Assembly (NCBI RefSeq): GCF_020745735.1
Contig: NC_083409.1
Coordinates: forward strand, 19,922,341-19,986,340
DNA: 64,000 nt
Reading direction: 5' to 3'
DNA from: Hemiscyllium ocellatum
Taxonomy: Eukaryota
The notes under the pieces: generated by a model
Database searches by the model: none
Told to the model about the DNA's origin: nothing
What the model saw: only the letters and a program-made list of their open reading frames with translations
In this document: positions 37,831 through 50,520 of the stretch, piece after piece
Layout: each line of letters opens with the position of its first letter
How positions within the stretch are numbered: the stretch's first letter is position 1
Program-made: the position numbers and the translations under genes

Positions 37831-38779
37831 CTACACAAGGTCATGTATGATGTACGATCCTGACTGATCCCCTCTCTGAACAAATACCTCACTCAGTTCA
37901 GTTCTGAGCTGTCACTGTGAGGAACAGGCTAAGGAGGGAGAAATGAATGTAATGACTGAAGCCTCCAGTGTCTGAGATTGGCCCCAGCTCATTTCAAACA
38001 TTACCCAGCAATAGTAGAGACGGCACAGTGCGATCCCACCAGCTGGGTCTGCAACAACAGAGCGAAGAGGGAATGCCTCAGATTGGAATGATTGTGCCCC
38101 AGCAGCTTTCAGTTTCAGTTCTGTTTAGCATATTGTCAACTTGACAGATTCAGATCGAAGGGATCATTTGAAAATGGTTCAAGATTGGCTCCAATCCAGC
38201 CTTTAGCTGATGTGTCTTTGATTGACCATCCAAGCAGCCAATCAGGACAACGATTTGCTGAAATGTAGCCAATCAGCTGAGGCTAGAGCAGTCTATATAC
38301 AAAGCACTCAGAGACAGAGACTGAATCTTCTTCATCTTTATTCCCTTTTCCAGATTGACATTGACAGAAAACAGACTGCAATGAACAGCCCAGACAGAGG
38401 AAGCTGCACAAATTCACAGCCACAATGGAGCTTGAGGAAAACACTTGTGGAAATTTTCTCAAAAAAATGAGAATTCTGTCCCTTGAAACAGTGACTGAAC
38501 CTTGAATTGGAACTGGGAGCTGAGCAGGAAGGATATCAGGTTTACTGAAGCAGAGACTTCTGAGGTTCACATTGATTATGTACAGCTGACAGTTTTCAGT
38601 ATCGAGGAGTTTTACTTGACATCATAACGCTGTCCCCAACAAACACTCCCAGAACAGGGGCAGCACAGGGTCACCTACAATTAAATCTCCTTTAAATTGC
38701 CCCAATGAACTGCCATAACACCTGAACCTCAGAAGTGTCTCTGAGCCAGTCCTGAGAAGGAAGAGAGTTGAAATTCAAT

Positions 38780-39072
38780 TAGATTAGATTACTTACAGTG
38801 TGGAAACAGGCCCTTCGGCCCAACAAGTCCACACCGACCCGCCAAAGCGCAACCCACCCATACCCCTACATTTACCCCTTACCTTACACTACGGGCAATT
38901 TAGCATGGCCAATTCACCTGACCCGCACATCTTTGGACTGTGGGAGGAAAACCCACGCAGACACGGGGAGAACGTGCAAACTCCACACAGTCAGTCGCCT
39001 GAATCGGGAATTGAACACGGGTCTCAGGCGCTGTGAGACAGCAGTGCTAACCACTGTGCCACCGTGCCGCCC
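38780..39072 (-). mobile_element. Full-length HE1-like V-SINE inserted in the 3' UTR of C3
   Basis: Reverse complement of the 12622 element; it splits CAGCACTG|AATTTCAA, which is contiguous in C1 and C2. Confidence 0.9.
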
Positions 39073-39175
39073 AATGCTGACAATGCCACCACAGTGCTGA
39101 CAATGACTCTTTTCCTGCCAGGTCAGCCCTGTTCTATTTAAAGTTGTGTCTCCTCTGTGGACTGTCTCCAACACT

Positions 39176-39504
39176 CTACACACATTCTGATCTCTTGATG
39201 CTCTTGCTGAGGGGAGAGGAGAGGGTCATGTGGGTGAGGGCACAGCAGAAGCGAGCGTTGGAATCCCAGTCAGACCCAGAGAGGGTCAGCAGGCTGTTGA
39301 CACTGTAGGTGCTGTCCGAAGCTCGCAGGTAGTTGCTGGTCTGAACCCCGTCCGAAATGACTGCACCATCCTTCTTCCACTGCACCTCCAGCTCATCGGG
39401 ATAGAAGTGATTGACAAGGCACACCAGGGTGGCAGTGCCGTTGGCATTGACCTGTTCCGGGGAGGGGGGCAGCAGGGTCAGCTTGGGCTTAGAGTTCTCA
39501 TGGC
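39176..39504 (-). CDS. Ig kappa-type light-chain constant exon C3 (intact frame, no V/J found upstream in the window)
   Basis: Acceptor ttctcttgtctttcag|GC; HENSKPKLTLLPPSPEQVNANGTATLVCLVNHFYPDELEVQWKKDG...FCCALTH...RSECV*; same 329-nt length as C1. Confidence 0.93.
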
Positions 39505-40869
39505 CTGAAAGACAAGAGAAACAATTTTAATCCCTTCCACTCGAATGGATTTCAACTCTCCAAACATTAACTGGTAAAACAATCCATTTGAACATTTGTA
39601 GCTAATACCTAACAAACCCAACAAAAGGACAGGCATTGTTCAAATTGCTTCTTGGGATGTCAGTGTCACTGGCAGGACCATCATTTGTTACCCATCCCTA
39701 ACTGCCCCAGAGACGGTGATGATGAAAGTGAAGAGACAGTTTTTAGACCATTGTTTATGGAATGAATGTGGGCAGCTGGAAGGGCAATCAATGGGACAGC
39801 ATTTCAGTGACAGTGATCAGAACTCAGTGAGATTGATCGGAGGGATGGAAATGGAGAACCGTGGAGCAAGTGTAAATGTTTTCATTTGGGAATGAACCAT
39901 TTTACTGAACTGTGCAGTGATTTGATAAAACTGACTGGAATCAGCGACTTGACTGGAACTCAGCGTCAGGGCAGTGGGGGGCCTCCAAGGACGAGACAGA
40001 GATTGCTCAGAGGAGGAAGGGTGGGGATGTACAAATCTAGACTCTCAGCCTGGGATGTCAAAAGACAGCCAGAGTAGTGAAGGCCAAACAGGGAATGTGA
40101 TGTTGGTTATCTGGAGATCAAACCTGCAGAAAGCTGAGAGGAGGATAGAAAATGCAGGGGTGAAATTGAACAGGACCTGAGGAAAGCAAAGAGCTGAAAG
40201 GATGAAATGGAATAATAGAATTTATAGTACAGAAGGAGGCTATTCAACACATCATGCCTGTGCTGGATCCAGAAAGAGCTATCCAGCTAGTCCCATTCTC
40301 CAGTCCGATCTCTGTTGCTCTCTAACTTCATCAATTTCAAATATACACATTGAAACCTCCAACAGAATGCACCTCCACCATCCTGTCAGGGAGCATGTTC
40401 CAAGTCCGAACAACTCTCTTCGTAAAGGCATTCCTCCTCATCTCACTCCACCTGTCTTGCTAACCATCTTGAAATTGTTACCCATAGTTACAGAGATACC
40501 AACTCATGGTAATGGAATATTCTCCTTAATCCTGTCAAAAATTGTTCAAAACAGTGAACAACTCTATAAGATCACCTCTTAACCTTCTCTGCTCAGTTGA
40601 GAATAAGCCCAATCTTTCTCAGCTTTCCCTGTATCGAAAACCACTCATTCCTGGTATCATTCCAATAAAACTCCTTTGAACTCTCTCCAGGGTTTTAATA
40701 TTGTTCTTTAAATAAGGTGCTCAGAACTGAACACAATCCTCAAATCTGGTCTGATCAGTGATTTATCGAGGTGTAGCATCCCTTCCTTGCTTTATACTCT
40801 GTGCTGTATTTTAAAACCTAAGGATTTATAACTAAAGCTTATAACTAAAAATACAATAAGAGGTTAGAA

Positions 40870-43800
40870 GATGAAATATGAAGAATAGCCAGCTCGTAGT
40901 ATAAAAGAGGATTGCAAGTTTTTTTTGTAGAAATATAAAAGCTTAGAGGAAGGCAAGACTGGATGTTGGACTGCTGGAAAATGAGGCTGGAGAGGTACTA
41001 ATGGGGAACAAAGAAATCACAGAGGATCTGACTTTACATCAGTCATCATGGTGGAAGACACCAGTAGTATACCAGGACTTAAAGAGATTCAGGGGCAGAG
41101 ATGAGAGTAATGGTTATCACTGAGGAGAAGGTGCTGGAGATGCTGAAAGTTCTGAGATGGATAGATCAGCCGGATTGGATCGACTACACCCCAGAGATTG
41201 AAAGTGATAGCTGAGCAGATTGTGGAGGTATTGATGGTGATCTTTCAGGAATCACTGGAGTCAGGGAGAGTCCAAGAGGACTGTCAAATGGCTAATGTAA
41301 CTCTCCTGTTTAGGAAAGGAGGGAGGCAGAAGATGGGAGATTATAGGCTGGTTAGTCTGACCTCAGTGTTCAGTAAGATTGTAGACTTCAGCTTAAGGAT
41401 GAGATTGCAGGGGAGTTGGAAGTGCATGGTCAAATCGGGCTGTGTCAGCATGGCTTCATCAATGTGAGGCCTGACAAATCTGTTCGAATTCTTAAAGGAA
41501 GGAATGAACAAGTGAGATAAAGGAGAACCAGTGGACGTGATCTATTTGGATATACAGACAGCCTTTGACAAGGCGCTGCACAGGAGGCTACTAAAAAAGA
41601 GGAGAGGCCATTATGTTAGGGACAAGGTCCTGGCATAGATAGAAGATTGGCCGCCTGGCAGAAGGCAGAGAGTGGGATAAAAGGATCTTTTCCAGGATGG
41701 CAACCGGTGACTAGTGTGGTTCTGCAAAGGAACATGCTGGGACTACAGCTATTCACCAAAAATGAATGATTCATTAATGATCTGGATGAAGGATCTGAGG
41801 GCATTGTTGCTCAATCTGCAGGTAACCCAAAGGTAAGTGGAGGGACAGGTCGTGTTGAGGAAGTGGAGAAGCTGAAGAAGGAGTTGATCAGGCTCAGAGA
41901 GTGGACAAAGTAGTGGCAGATGGAATACAGTGTGGGAAAGTGTGAGCTTATGCACTTTAGTAGGAAGGATAAAGGCATAGACTGTTTTCTAAATGGGGAA
42001 AGGATTCAGAAATCTGAATCACAAAGGGACTGAGGAGTCATAATCAGGATTTTGTTAACGTTACCATGTTGGTTCAGTTGGCAGTTAGGAGCACAAATGC
42101 AATGTCAGCATTCATTTCAAGAAGGCTAGAACACAAGAAAAGAGATGAACTGCTGATGTGTATGAGGCTCTGGTCAGAACACAATTCATGTATTGTGATC
42201 AGTTTTGGGCCCTGTATATAAGGAAGAATGTGCAGGCATTGGAGGGTGTACAGAAGAGTTTTACAAGAATGATCTTGGGATGAAGGGCTTAACGTATGAG
42301 GAACAGTTGAGGACTCAATGGAGTTTAGAAGGATGAGGGGAATCTCATTGAAACTTACAGAATGCTGAGAGACCTGTCTAGAGTGGACACGGAGAAGTTG
42401 TTTCCAACAGGGGAAGAGACCAGGACACGACGGCACAGCCTCAGAATGAAGGGAAGACCCTTTTGAACTGAGACAAGGAGGAATTCCTTCCACCATAGGG
42501 TTGTGAATCTGTGGAACTCACTGCTGCAGAAGGCTCTGGAGGCCATTGAGTGTACTTCATACAGAGATAGCTAGGTCCTGAATGCTTCCCACTATGAGAG
42601 CAGCAAGTGTGGTCAGTGACAGCAGTTGGAGCTCCTGGTTTTAGAGCTTGAGCAGCAGCTGGTGTCAGTCCGTGAGGCTGAGAGCTCCGTGGAAAGCACG
42701 CTCTCGATGTGGTCACTCTGCAGCTTCAGAGTATGCAGAGACAGAGGGAATGGGGGAGCAGCAGACAGTCCAAAAGGATCAGGCAGCTAGTACAGGAATC
42801 CCCTGAGTGTATCCCACTGTCCAACCAGGATTCAGTTTGTATTCCTGGTGAGAATGATGGTTCATCTGGAGAGTGTAGCCAGAGCCAAGTCCATGGCATC
42901 ACAGGGGGTGCAGCTATACAGGGGGGCACAAGGAAGACTGGGAGATTGATAGTGAGAGGAGATTTGAGAGAGAGGGAAATCGATAGATGTTTCTGCAGCT
43001 GCAGATGGGAATCCAGGATGGTGTGTTGTCTCCCTGGTGCCAGGGTCAATGATGTCACTGAGTGGCTACAGAGCACCCTGAGGGGAGAAGGGGAACAGGC
43101 AACAGTCATGATCCACATCGGTCCCAGTGACAGAGGGAGAAAAGGAATGTGCTCTTGCAGTCAGAATTTCAGGAGCTCAGGAGGGAATTAGCAGAAGGAA
43201 CTAAAACATAGGAATCTTTGGATTACACCCAGTGCTCCACACAAGTAAGAATAGAAACACAAGAAGACTGTGGAGCTGGAAAGAGGATCCAGGAGGGAAG
43301 GCTGCAGATTATTGAGACATTGGGTGTGGGTCTGGGGAAGGTGGACCTGGACGGACCACTCAGCGCTGTTCCTAAACAGAGCTGGGACTGAGTTCCTTTG
43401 GGGTGATTTACTAGTGTTGTTGGAGAGGGTTTAAACTAACTTGGTAGGGCTGTGGGAACCAGGGGGGAATATCAGCGAGGAACACCAAGGTCCATGGAAT
43501 CCTCAGAGTAGTCAATAAGTCACCATCCAATGGGAAGGACGTGGAGGAATACAAAAACAAGGAATTTACAGAGACCTGAAAATGTGAGAGTCGTTATAAT
43601 GTGTGGGTAGGAGGGTGGGATTTCATTTCAGTATATAGATTGGGATAGTAGCAGAGTAATGGGTAGCGAAGGGCCAGAGTTGTGAGAGTGTGTTCAGATG
43701 AATTTTCAGGTGGCAACGTGGACAGTGAAGAAGGCTGTCTCAGAGTAAAATGGGATCTTGACCAACTGGGCCAGTGGGCTGAGGAATGGCAGATGGAGTT

Positions 43801-46800
43801 TAATTCAGATAAATGTGAGTGCTGTATTTTGGTAAGACACAGGTGATGGGTGAGATCCGAAACAAATATTTCAGGTCAATATTTACTGCAGAGAAGGGCA
43901 TGAAATATCGGGATTTTAAATAGTGATGTCTTAAAAAGAATCCACATACAAATGAGGAGATGTTGAAGGTCTTAAAACATATAAAGGCAGATAAATCCCA
44001 AGAACCTGATCAGGTGTATCCCAGAACATTGTGGGAAATGAGGTAAGAGATTGTTGGGCCCCTTGCTGAGATATTTTCAACATCGACAAGCAGAGGTAAG
44101 GTACTGGAGAACCGGAGAGGTTGGCTGGTGTTAACGCCATTATTTCAGAAAGCCTGTAAGGAAAAGTCAGGGAACTATAGACCAGTGAGCCTGATGTCAG
44201 TACTTGGTAAGATGTTGGAGTGGATTCTGAGGGACAGGATTTATATCCATTGTGGTTTTGTGCATGGGAAATTGTGTCTCCCTAATTTGATTGAGGCGGT
44301 GACAAAGAAGATTGATGAAGGCAGAACAGTAGATGTTGTCTATACAGACTTCAGTAAAGTGTTTGACAAGGTTCCACATGATAGACTGGTTTGTAAGGTT
44401 AGACCACATGGGATCCAGGGGGAGCAAGCCATTCGGGTAAAAAGTTGGGTTGAAGATAGGAAACAGAGAGTGGTGGGAAAGAGTTGCTTTTCAGACTGGA
44501 TAGAGAGATAGATAGAACAATACCATGCAGAACAGGCCCTTTGGCCCTCAATGTTGCACCGAACCAATCTAAGCTCATCCTCTACACTATCCCATCATCA
44601 TCCATATACTTATCCAAGGATTGTTTAAATCTCCCTAATGTAACTGAGTCAGCTACATCAGCAGGCAGGACATTCCAACTCCTTACTACTGTCTGAGTAA
44701 AGAATCTGCCTCTGACATCTGTTTTAAATCTTTCACACCTCAATTTATAGTTATGCCCATCATATAACTTGACATCATCATCCTCGGAAAAAGACTTTCA
44801 CTGTCTACCCTATCTAACCCTCTGATTATCTTGTATGTCTCTTTCAAATCCCCTCTAAGGATTCTTCTTGCCAATGAGATTAGACCCAAGTCTCTCTGCC
44901 TTTCCCCAGAAGACCTTCCCTCCAGACAAGGCAACATCCTGGTAAATCTCCTCTGCGCCTTTTCCAATGCTTCCACATCCTTCCTGTAATGAGGCGACCA
45001 GAACTGTATACAATATTCTGAGTGCGGCTGCACTAACGTTGTGTATAGTTGCAGCATGACATTATGGTTCTGGAACTCAATCCCTCTACCAATAAAACTC
45101 AACACACACTCTGCCTTCTTAACAGCACTATCAACCTGTGCAGCAACTTTCAGGGATCTATATAAATGGACTCCAAGATTCCTCTATATATCTGCACTAC
45201 CAAGAATCTTTCCATTGACCCAGTACTCTGCCTTCCTGATATTCTTCCCAAAGTGAATCACCTCACATTAAGCTGCATTGAACTCCATTTGCCACCTCTC
45301 AGCCCAATTTTGCAGTTTATCCAAGACCACCTGCAGCATGCAAAATTCTTCAACAATGTCCACCACTCCACCGACTTTAATGTCACCTGCAAACTTACTA
45401 ACCCATCCACCTGTGCCTGCATCCAAGTCATTTATAAAAAATGACTAACAGCAGTGGTCCCAAAACAGATCCTCATGGTACACCATTAGTAACCGGACTA
45501 CAGGCTGAATATTTTCTGTCAACCACCACTCGCTGCCATCTTTCAGGAAGCCAGTTTCTAATCCAAACTGCTAAATCACTCTCAATCCCAAGCCTCTACA
45601 TTTTCTCCAACAGCCTACCATGTGGAACATGATCAAAGGCTTTACTGAAGTCAATGTATATCACGTCAACTGCTCTACCTTCATCGACATGCTTGGTCAC
45701 CTTCTCAAAAACCTCAATGAGGTTTGTGACATGACCTGCACACGACAAAACCATGTTGATTATCTGAAATCAAATTGTTGCTTGCTAGATGATTATAAAT
45801 CCTATCTCATATAATCCTTTCCAAAACTTTTCCTACTATAGATGTACGACTTGCTGGTCTATAATTACCTGGGTCATCTCTAGTGCCGTTCATGAACAAG
45901 GGCACAATGTTTGTAATCCTCCAGTCTTCTGGTCCTAAACCTGTAGACAATGATGATTCAAAGATCAAAGCCATAGGCTTCACTGTCTCCTCCTTAGCTC
46001 CCCAGAGAATCCTCGGATAAATCCCATCTGGCCCAGGCGACTTATCTATTTTCACTCCATCTGGAATACATAACACCTCTTCCCTAACCTTGATCCTTTC
46101 TAGTCTAATATCTCGTATCTCATTCTTCTCCTCTACAATATTCTCCTTTTCCTGAGTGAAAACCAACGAGAAATATTGATTTAGCACCTCTCCAATCTCC
46201 ACAGGGCCCATACACAACTTCCCACTTCTGTCTTTGACTGGCCCTATTCCTATCCTAGTTTATTCCTCACATACCTATAGAAAACTTGAGGGTTCTCCTT
46301 TATTCTACCTGCTAAAGATTGCTCATGCCCTCTCTTTGCTTTTCTTAACTCTCTCTTTAAATCCTCCCTAGCTAATCTGTAACTCTCCATCACCTCATCT
46401 GAACCATCTTGTCTCATCGTCAAAGAAGCCTCCTTCTTCCATTTAACAAGAGACGCAATTTCTGTATAAACCATGGTTCCCTTACTTTATCAGTAACTCC
46501 CTGCCTGACAGGGATATACCTATCATGGATCCACAATATCTATTTGATAAACCAGCTCCACATTTTGATTGGCCCCAACCCCTGCATTTTGTTACTCCAT
46601 TCTGTGTATCCTACGTCTTGTCTAATCGCTTGTCCCATTGATTACTCTTGCCCTGTGACATGTATCTATCCCTTTCCTTTCCTAAATGTAACTGAATTAA
46701 GGTCGCTCTCTCCAAAGTACTCACCCACAACTAAATCAATCACCTGGCCTGGTTCATTACTAAGCACCAGATCCAGTGTGGCCGCCCCTCTTGTCAGCCC

Positions 46801-49225
46801 TTTGACATACTGTGTCAGGAAGCCTTCCTGCATGCATTCGACAAAAATGATCCATCCGACATTCTAGATTTATAGCCTTTCCAGTCAATGTTGGGGAAAT
46901 TCAAGTCCCCCATAATGACCACCCTGTTCCTTTCGCTCCTACCCAGAATCATTCTGCCAATCCTCTCCTCCAACCCCTTGGAACTCTGCGGAGGCCAATA
47001 AAAATATCTTCCAGCAGTGTGACCTCTCCTCCACTCAGCCCATACTACCTCAGTAGACGAGTCCTCGTTAAAAGTTCTTTCAGCCAACATTATACTATCT
47101 TTGACTAACAAAGCCACATCTCCCCCTCTTTTTCCGCCTTGCCTGTTTTTAATGAAAGATATGAACTCTGGAACTTGCAACATTCCTCACCCTGTTCTCT
47201 CCATGTCTCCGAAATGGCCACAACATCGAAGTCCCAAGTACCTAACCATGCTGCAAGTTCACCTAACTTCTGGCGTTGAAGTAGACACACTTCAAACTAG
47301 CTTGCTATCTGTCAGCACTTTCTTGTGACCATGAAATCCTGTCCATGCCCTCCCTACTCTCATCCTCCTGTGCACTGGAACAACATCTCCGGTTCTAATC
47401 CCCCTGCTGTGCTAGTTTAAACCCACCCAAATAGCACCAGCAAAATTTTCCACACAGGATATTAGTACCCCTCTGGTTCAAGTGAAGACTTTCCAGTTTG
47501 TACAAGTCCCACCTTCTCCAGAATGGACCCCTATTATCCATGTACCTGAAACCTTCCTCCTGCACCAACCTTGCAACCACATGTTCAACTGATATCTCTC
47601 CCTATTCCTTGCCTCGCTATCACATGACCCAGACAACAACCAGAGAAAGCAAGTCTGTTTGCTTTAACACTCAGCTTCCTCCCTAGCTCCCTGAAATCCT
47701 GCCTTTCATCCCAATCCCTCTATCTACCTATGTCATTGGTTCCTATGTGAAGCATGACTTGGGATTGGGCACCCTCTCCCTTCAGGACCCCAAAGATACT
47801 ATGCAAGACATCATGGATCCTGGCATCTGGGAGGCAACACACCAACTGTGAGTCTCATTCTCAGTGGAGATCTGTGAATAGCTGTGTGCCACAAGGACTG
47901 GTACTTGGCCCACTGCTTTTCGTCATTTAAGTAAATGATTTGGGTGTGTACATAGGACTAATGTTAAGTTTGTAAATGACACCAAAATTGGTGGGACAGT
48001 GGATAGTGAAGAAGATTATCTCAGGGTACAGAGGGACCTTAATCTCATGGGGCAATGGGCAGAGGAGTGGCAAATGGAGTTCAGTTTAGACAATTATGAG
48101 ATGTTGCATTTTGGAAAGGCAAACCAGGGCAGGACTTGTACAGTTCATGGTAAGGCCCTGTGGAGTGTTGCTAAAAAAAAGAGACCTAGGGGCGCAGGCG
48201 CAGGTGCATTATTCCTTGAAAGTGGAGTCTCAAGTAAATAGGGTGATGACAAAGGTGTTGGGTACACTTGCCTTTATTGGTTACTGCACTGAGTTTAAGA
48301 GTTAGAACATCACGTTGCAGCTGTACCAGAGATTGGTGAGGCCACTTTGGGAATAATGTGAACAATTCTGATCATCCTGCGATAGGAAGGATGGTGCTAA
48401 ACTTATAAAGTTTTAGAAAAGATTTACAAAAACGTGAGCAGGAACTGGAGGGTTTGAGCTGTCGGGAGAGGCTGAATAGACTGGGACTATTTCCCCTGTA
48501 GCATCTAAGGCCAAGGGGTGACCTTATAGATGTTTATAAAATCATGAGGGGCATGGACAGAGTGTATATCCAAAGTCTTTTCCTTAGGAAGGGCAGTCCA
48601 AAACAAAAGGGGTAACTTGTCACATAGAGGGTGGTGCGTGTCTGGATTGAGCTGCCAGAGAAAATGTTGGAGGCAGATACAATTACAGCATTTAAAACAC
48701 ATTGGGATGGGTACATGAATAGGAAGGGTTTCGAGAGATGTCAGCCAAATGCTGGCAAATGTAATGAGCTCATTTAGGATATCTGGTTAGCATGCAAAAG
48801 TTGGACCGAAAGGTCTGTTTTCACACTGTATGACTCCATGACTACGAGAGGCTGGAAAAGCTGAGGCTTTTTGCCCTGAAGAGGAAGGTTTTGAAGAGTG
48901 ACCTTTTAGAGGTTTAGAAAATTGTGAGTGACATAGATAATGTGAAGAAGTCAGGAAGGACGTGAATGTTTTGTAGAGATGGCAGATACATTCCCAAAGA
49001 TCCTTCCAATGATGAGGAACATCAGTTATGGAGACTGATTGGAGAATTTGGGACTGTCTTCTTTGGAGAAGGCTGAGAAGAGATTTATTTGAGGAACTCA
49101 AAATCAGGAAGGGCCTGGACAGACTAAATAGGGAGAAAATGCTCCCACTTGAGAAAGGATTGAGACCGAGAGACCACAGATTGAAAGTAATTGGGAAAAG
49201 TAACAAAGTGAGATGGGGAATAATA
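40870..49225 (+). mobile_element. Composite CR1 fragments colinear with 4345-10500 in inverted orientation, interrupted by a younger CR1
   Basis: Same order of ORF2 3' end, ORF1, RT and 3'-end fragments as in cluster 1, with shared diagnostic variants (GCTGAGAGCTCCGTGGA, TGTGACAAGTTACCCC). Confidence 0.78.
44490..47870 (-). mobile_element. Long CR1 LINE (ORF1 3' part, EN, RT, 3' UTR) nested in an older CR1
   Basis: GPFWRRWDLYKLESLHLN (ORF1), VVIMGDLNFPNIDW (EN), DPGNYRPASRTS and 3' RT; host CR1 sequence resumes on both sides (cagactgga...ggagatctgtg). Confidence 0.85.
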
Positions 49226-49239
49226 TAATGTGTAAATTA

Positions 49240-50520
49240 AATTCTTGTGGCACGAGACCCCAACAAAACAATCTAGTGTTCATGTCCTGAAACCTTTACA
49301 AAAATATCAAAGGATTGCAGTCAATATATATAATGATTTCTGATGCATTGTTTGCAACGTACACATTAAAGTGTTGTAAAGCCATTACCAAAGTCAACAA
49401 CTCTTTTTGAATGGTGGAATTTTTTTTTCTCTGGTGATTATTGTGTTTTTTTGGAAAAGTAACCAACTTACCTTTCAATTCCACGCTAAAATTTTCTGAA
49501 ACTCTTAAACATCACCATTGTGTCGCTTGTGTCAATGGTGTTTCAGAAGATTTGAGTAAAAAGTGAGGTCTGCAGATGCTGGAGATCAGAGCTGAAAATG
49601 TGTTGCTGGTTAAAGCACAGCAGGTCAGGCAGCATCCAAGGAACAGGAAATTCGATGTTTCGGGCCAGAGCCCTTCATCAGGAATCAGGGCTCTGGCCCG
49701 AAACGTCGAATTTCCTGTTCCTTGGATGCTGCCTGACCTGCTGTGCTTTAACCAGCAACACATTTTCAGCTTTCAGAAGATTTGGCATGGCTAATACTGA
49801 AGTGGTGATTAACTGTTTTTAAATTCTCAAATACCTCCTGGCATTGTTCAGTCCACTGAACTTTTGTGTTATTTTTCTGCAAATCTGTGAACAGTGCCAC
49901 TCCGCTACTAAAGTTTGGTATACATTTTCTGTGGAATCCAATGAGTCCTAAAAATCGTAGCACATCCAACTTCAAGGATGGTCTTGGAAATTCTTTGATA
50001 ACCTTCACCTTCACGTTCCTTAGCGTCATTCATCTGTGTCCAATGTTGTGACCTAAGAATGTCATTTCTGCCTTTGCAAACTTAGTTTTTGGCAAGTTGA
50101 TCACCCGACTTCATCTTCCGTAGTCTCTCAAAGAGCTCTGCCAAATTCACCATGTGTTTTTTCGACAAATGACTAAAGATCACTAAATCATCTATGTCGA
50201 CAGCACAATTAGTCATCCTGTAACAACTCTGTTCACAAGCCTTTGAAAAATGGCTGGTGCATTTTTCATTCCAAAGAGCATTATGCTAAATTGGTAGAGC
50301 CCATTGGGGTTACAGAAACAGAAACTTCTTTTGCTTTCTATGACAATGGTACTTGCCAGGAACCGTGAAGTCCAACTCTGTGATGTAAGTGGCTTGTTCC
50401 ACATTTTCCACGCAATCCTACTGCCTTGGATTAGAGCATGAATCAGATTTGGTCACAGTGTTGCATTTCTGATAATCCATGCGGAATCATTGAGTACTAT
50501 CAGGCTTTAGAACCAACATG
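49240..50520 (-). mobile_element. Ty3/Gypsy LTR-retrotransposon pol fragment (RT-RNase H), degenerate
   Basis: GLYQFSIMLFGMKNAPAIFQR (RT), VLRFLGLIGFHRKCIPNFS (connection) and STIQKELLTLVMALQHFNVY (RNase H). Confidence 0.85.
49555..49770. mobile_element. Fold-back mini-element of inverted PLE termini, 14-bp TSD, inserted in Gypsy pol
   Basis: 85-bp arms 49590-49674 and 49687-49771 differ at one base; 12-nt loop; TTTCAGAAGATTTG at 49541-49554 and 49771-49784. Confidence 0.9.
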
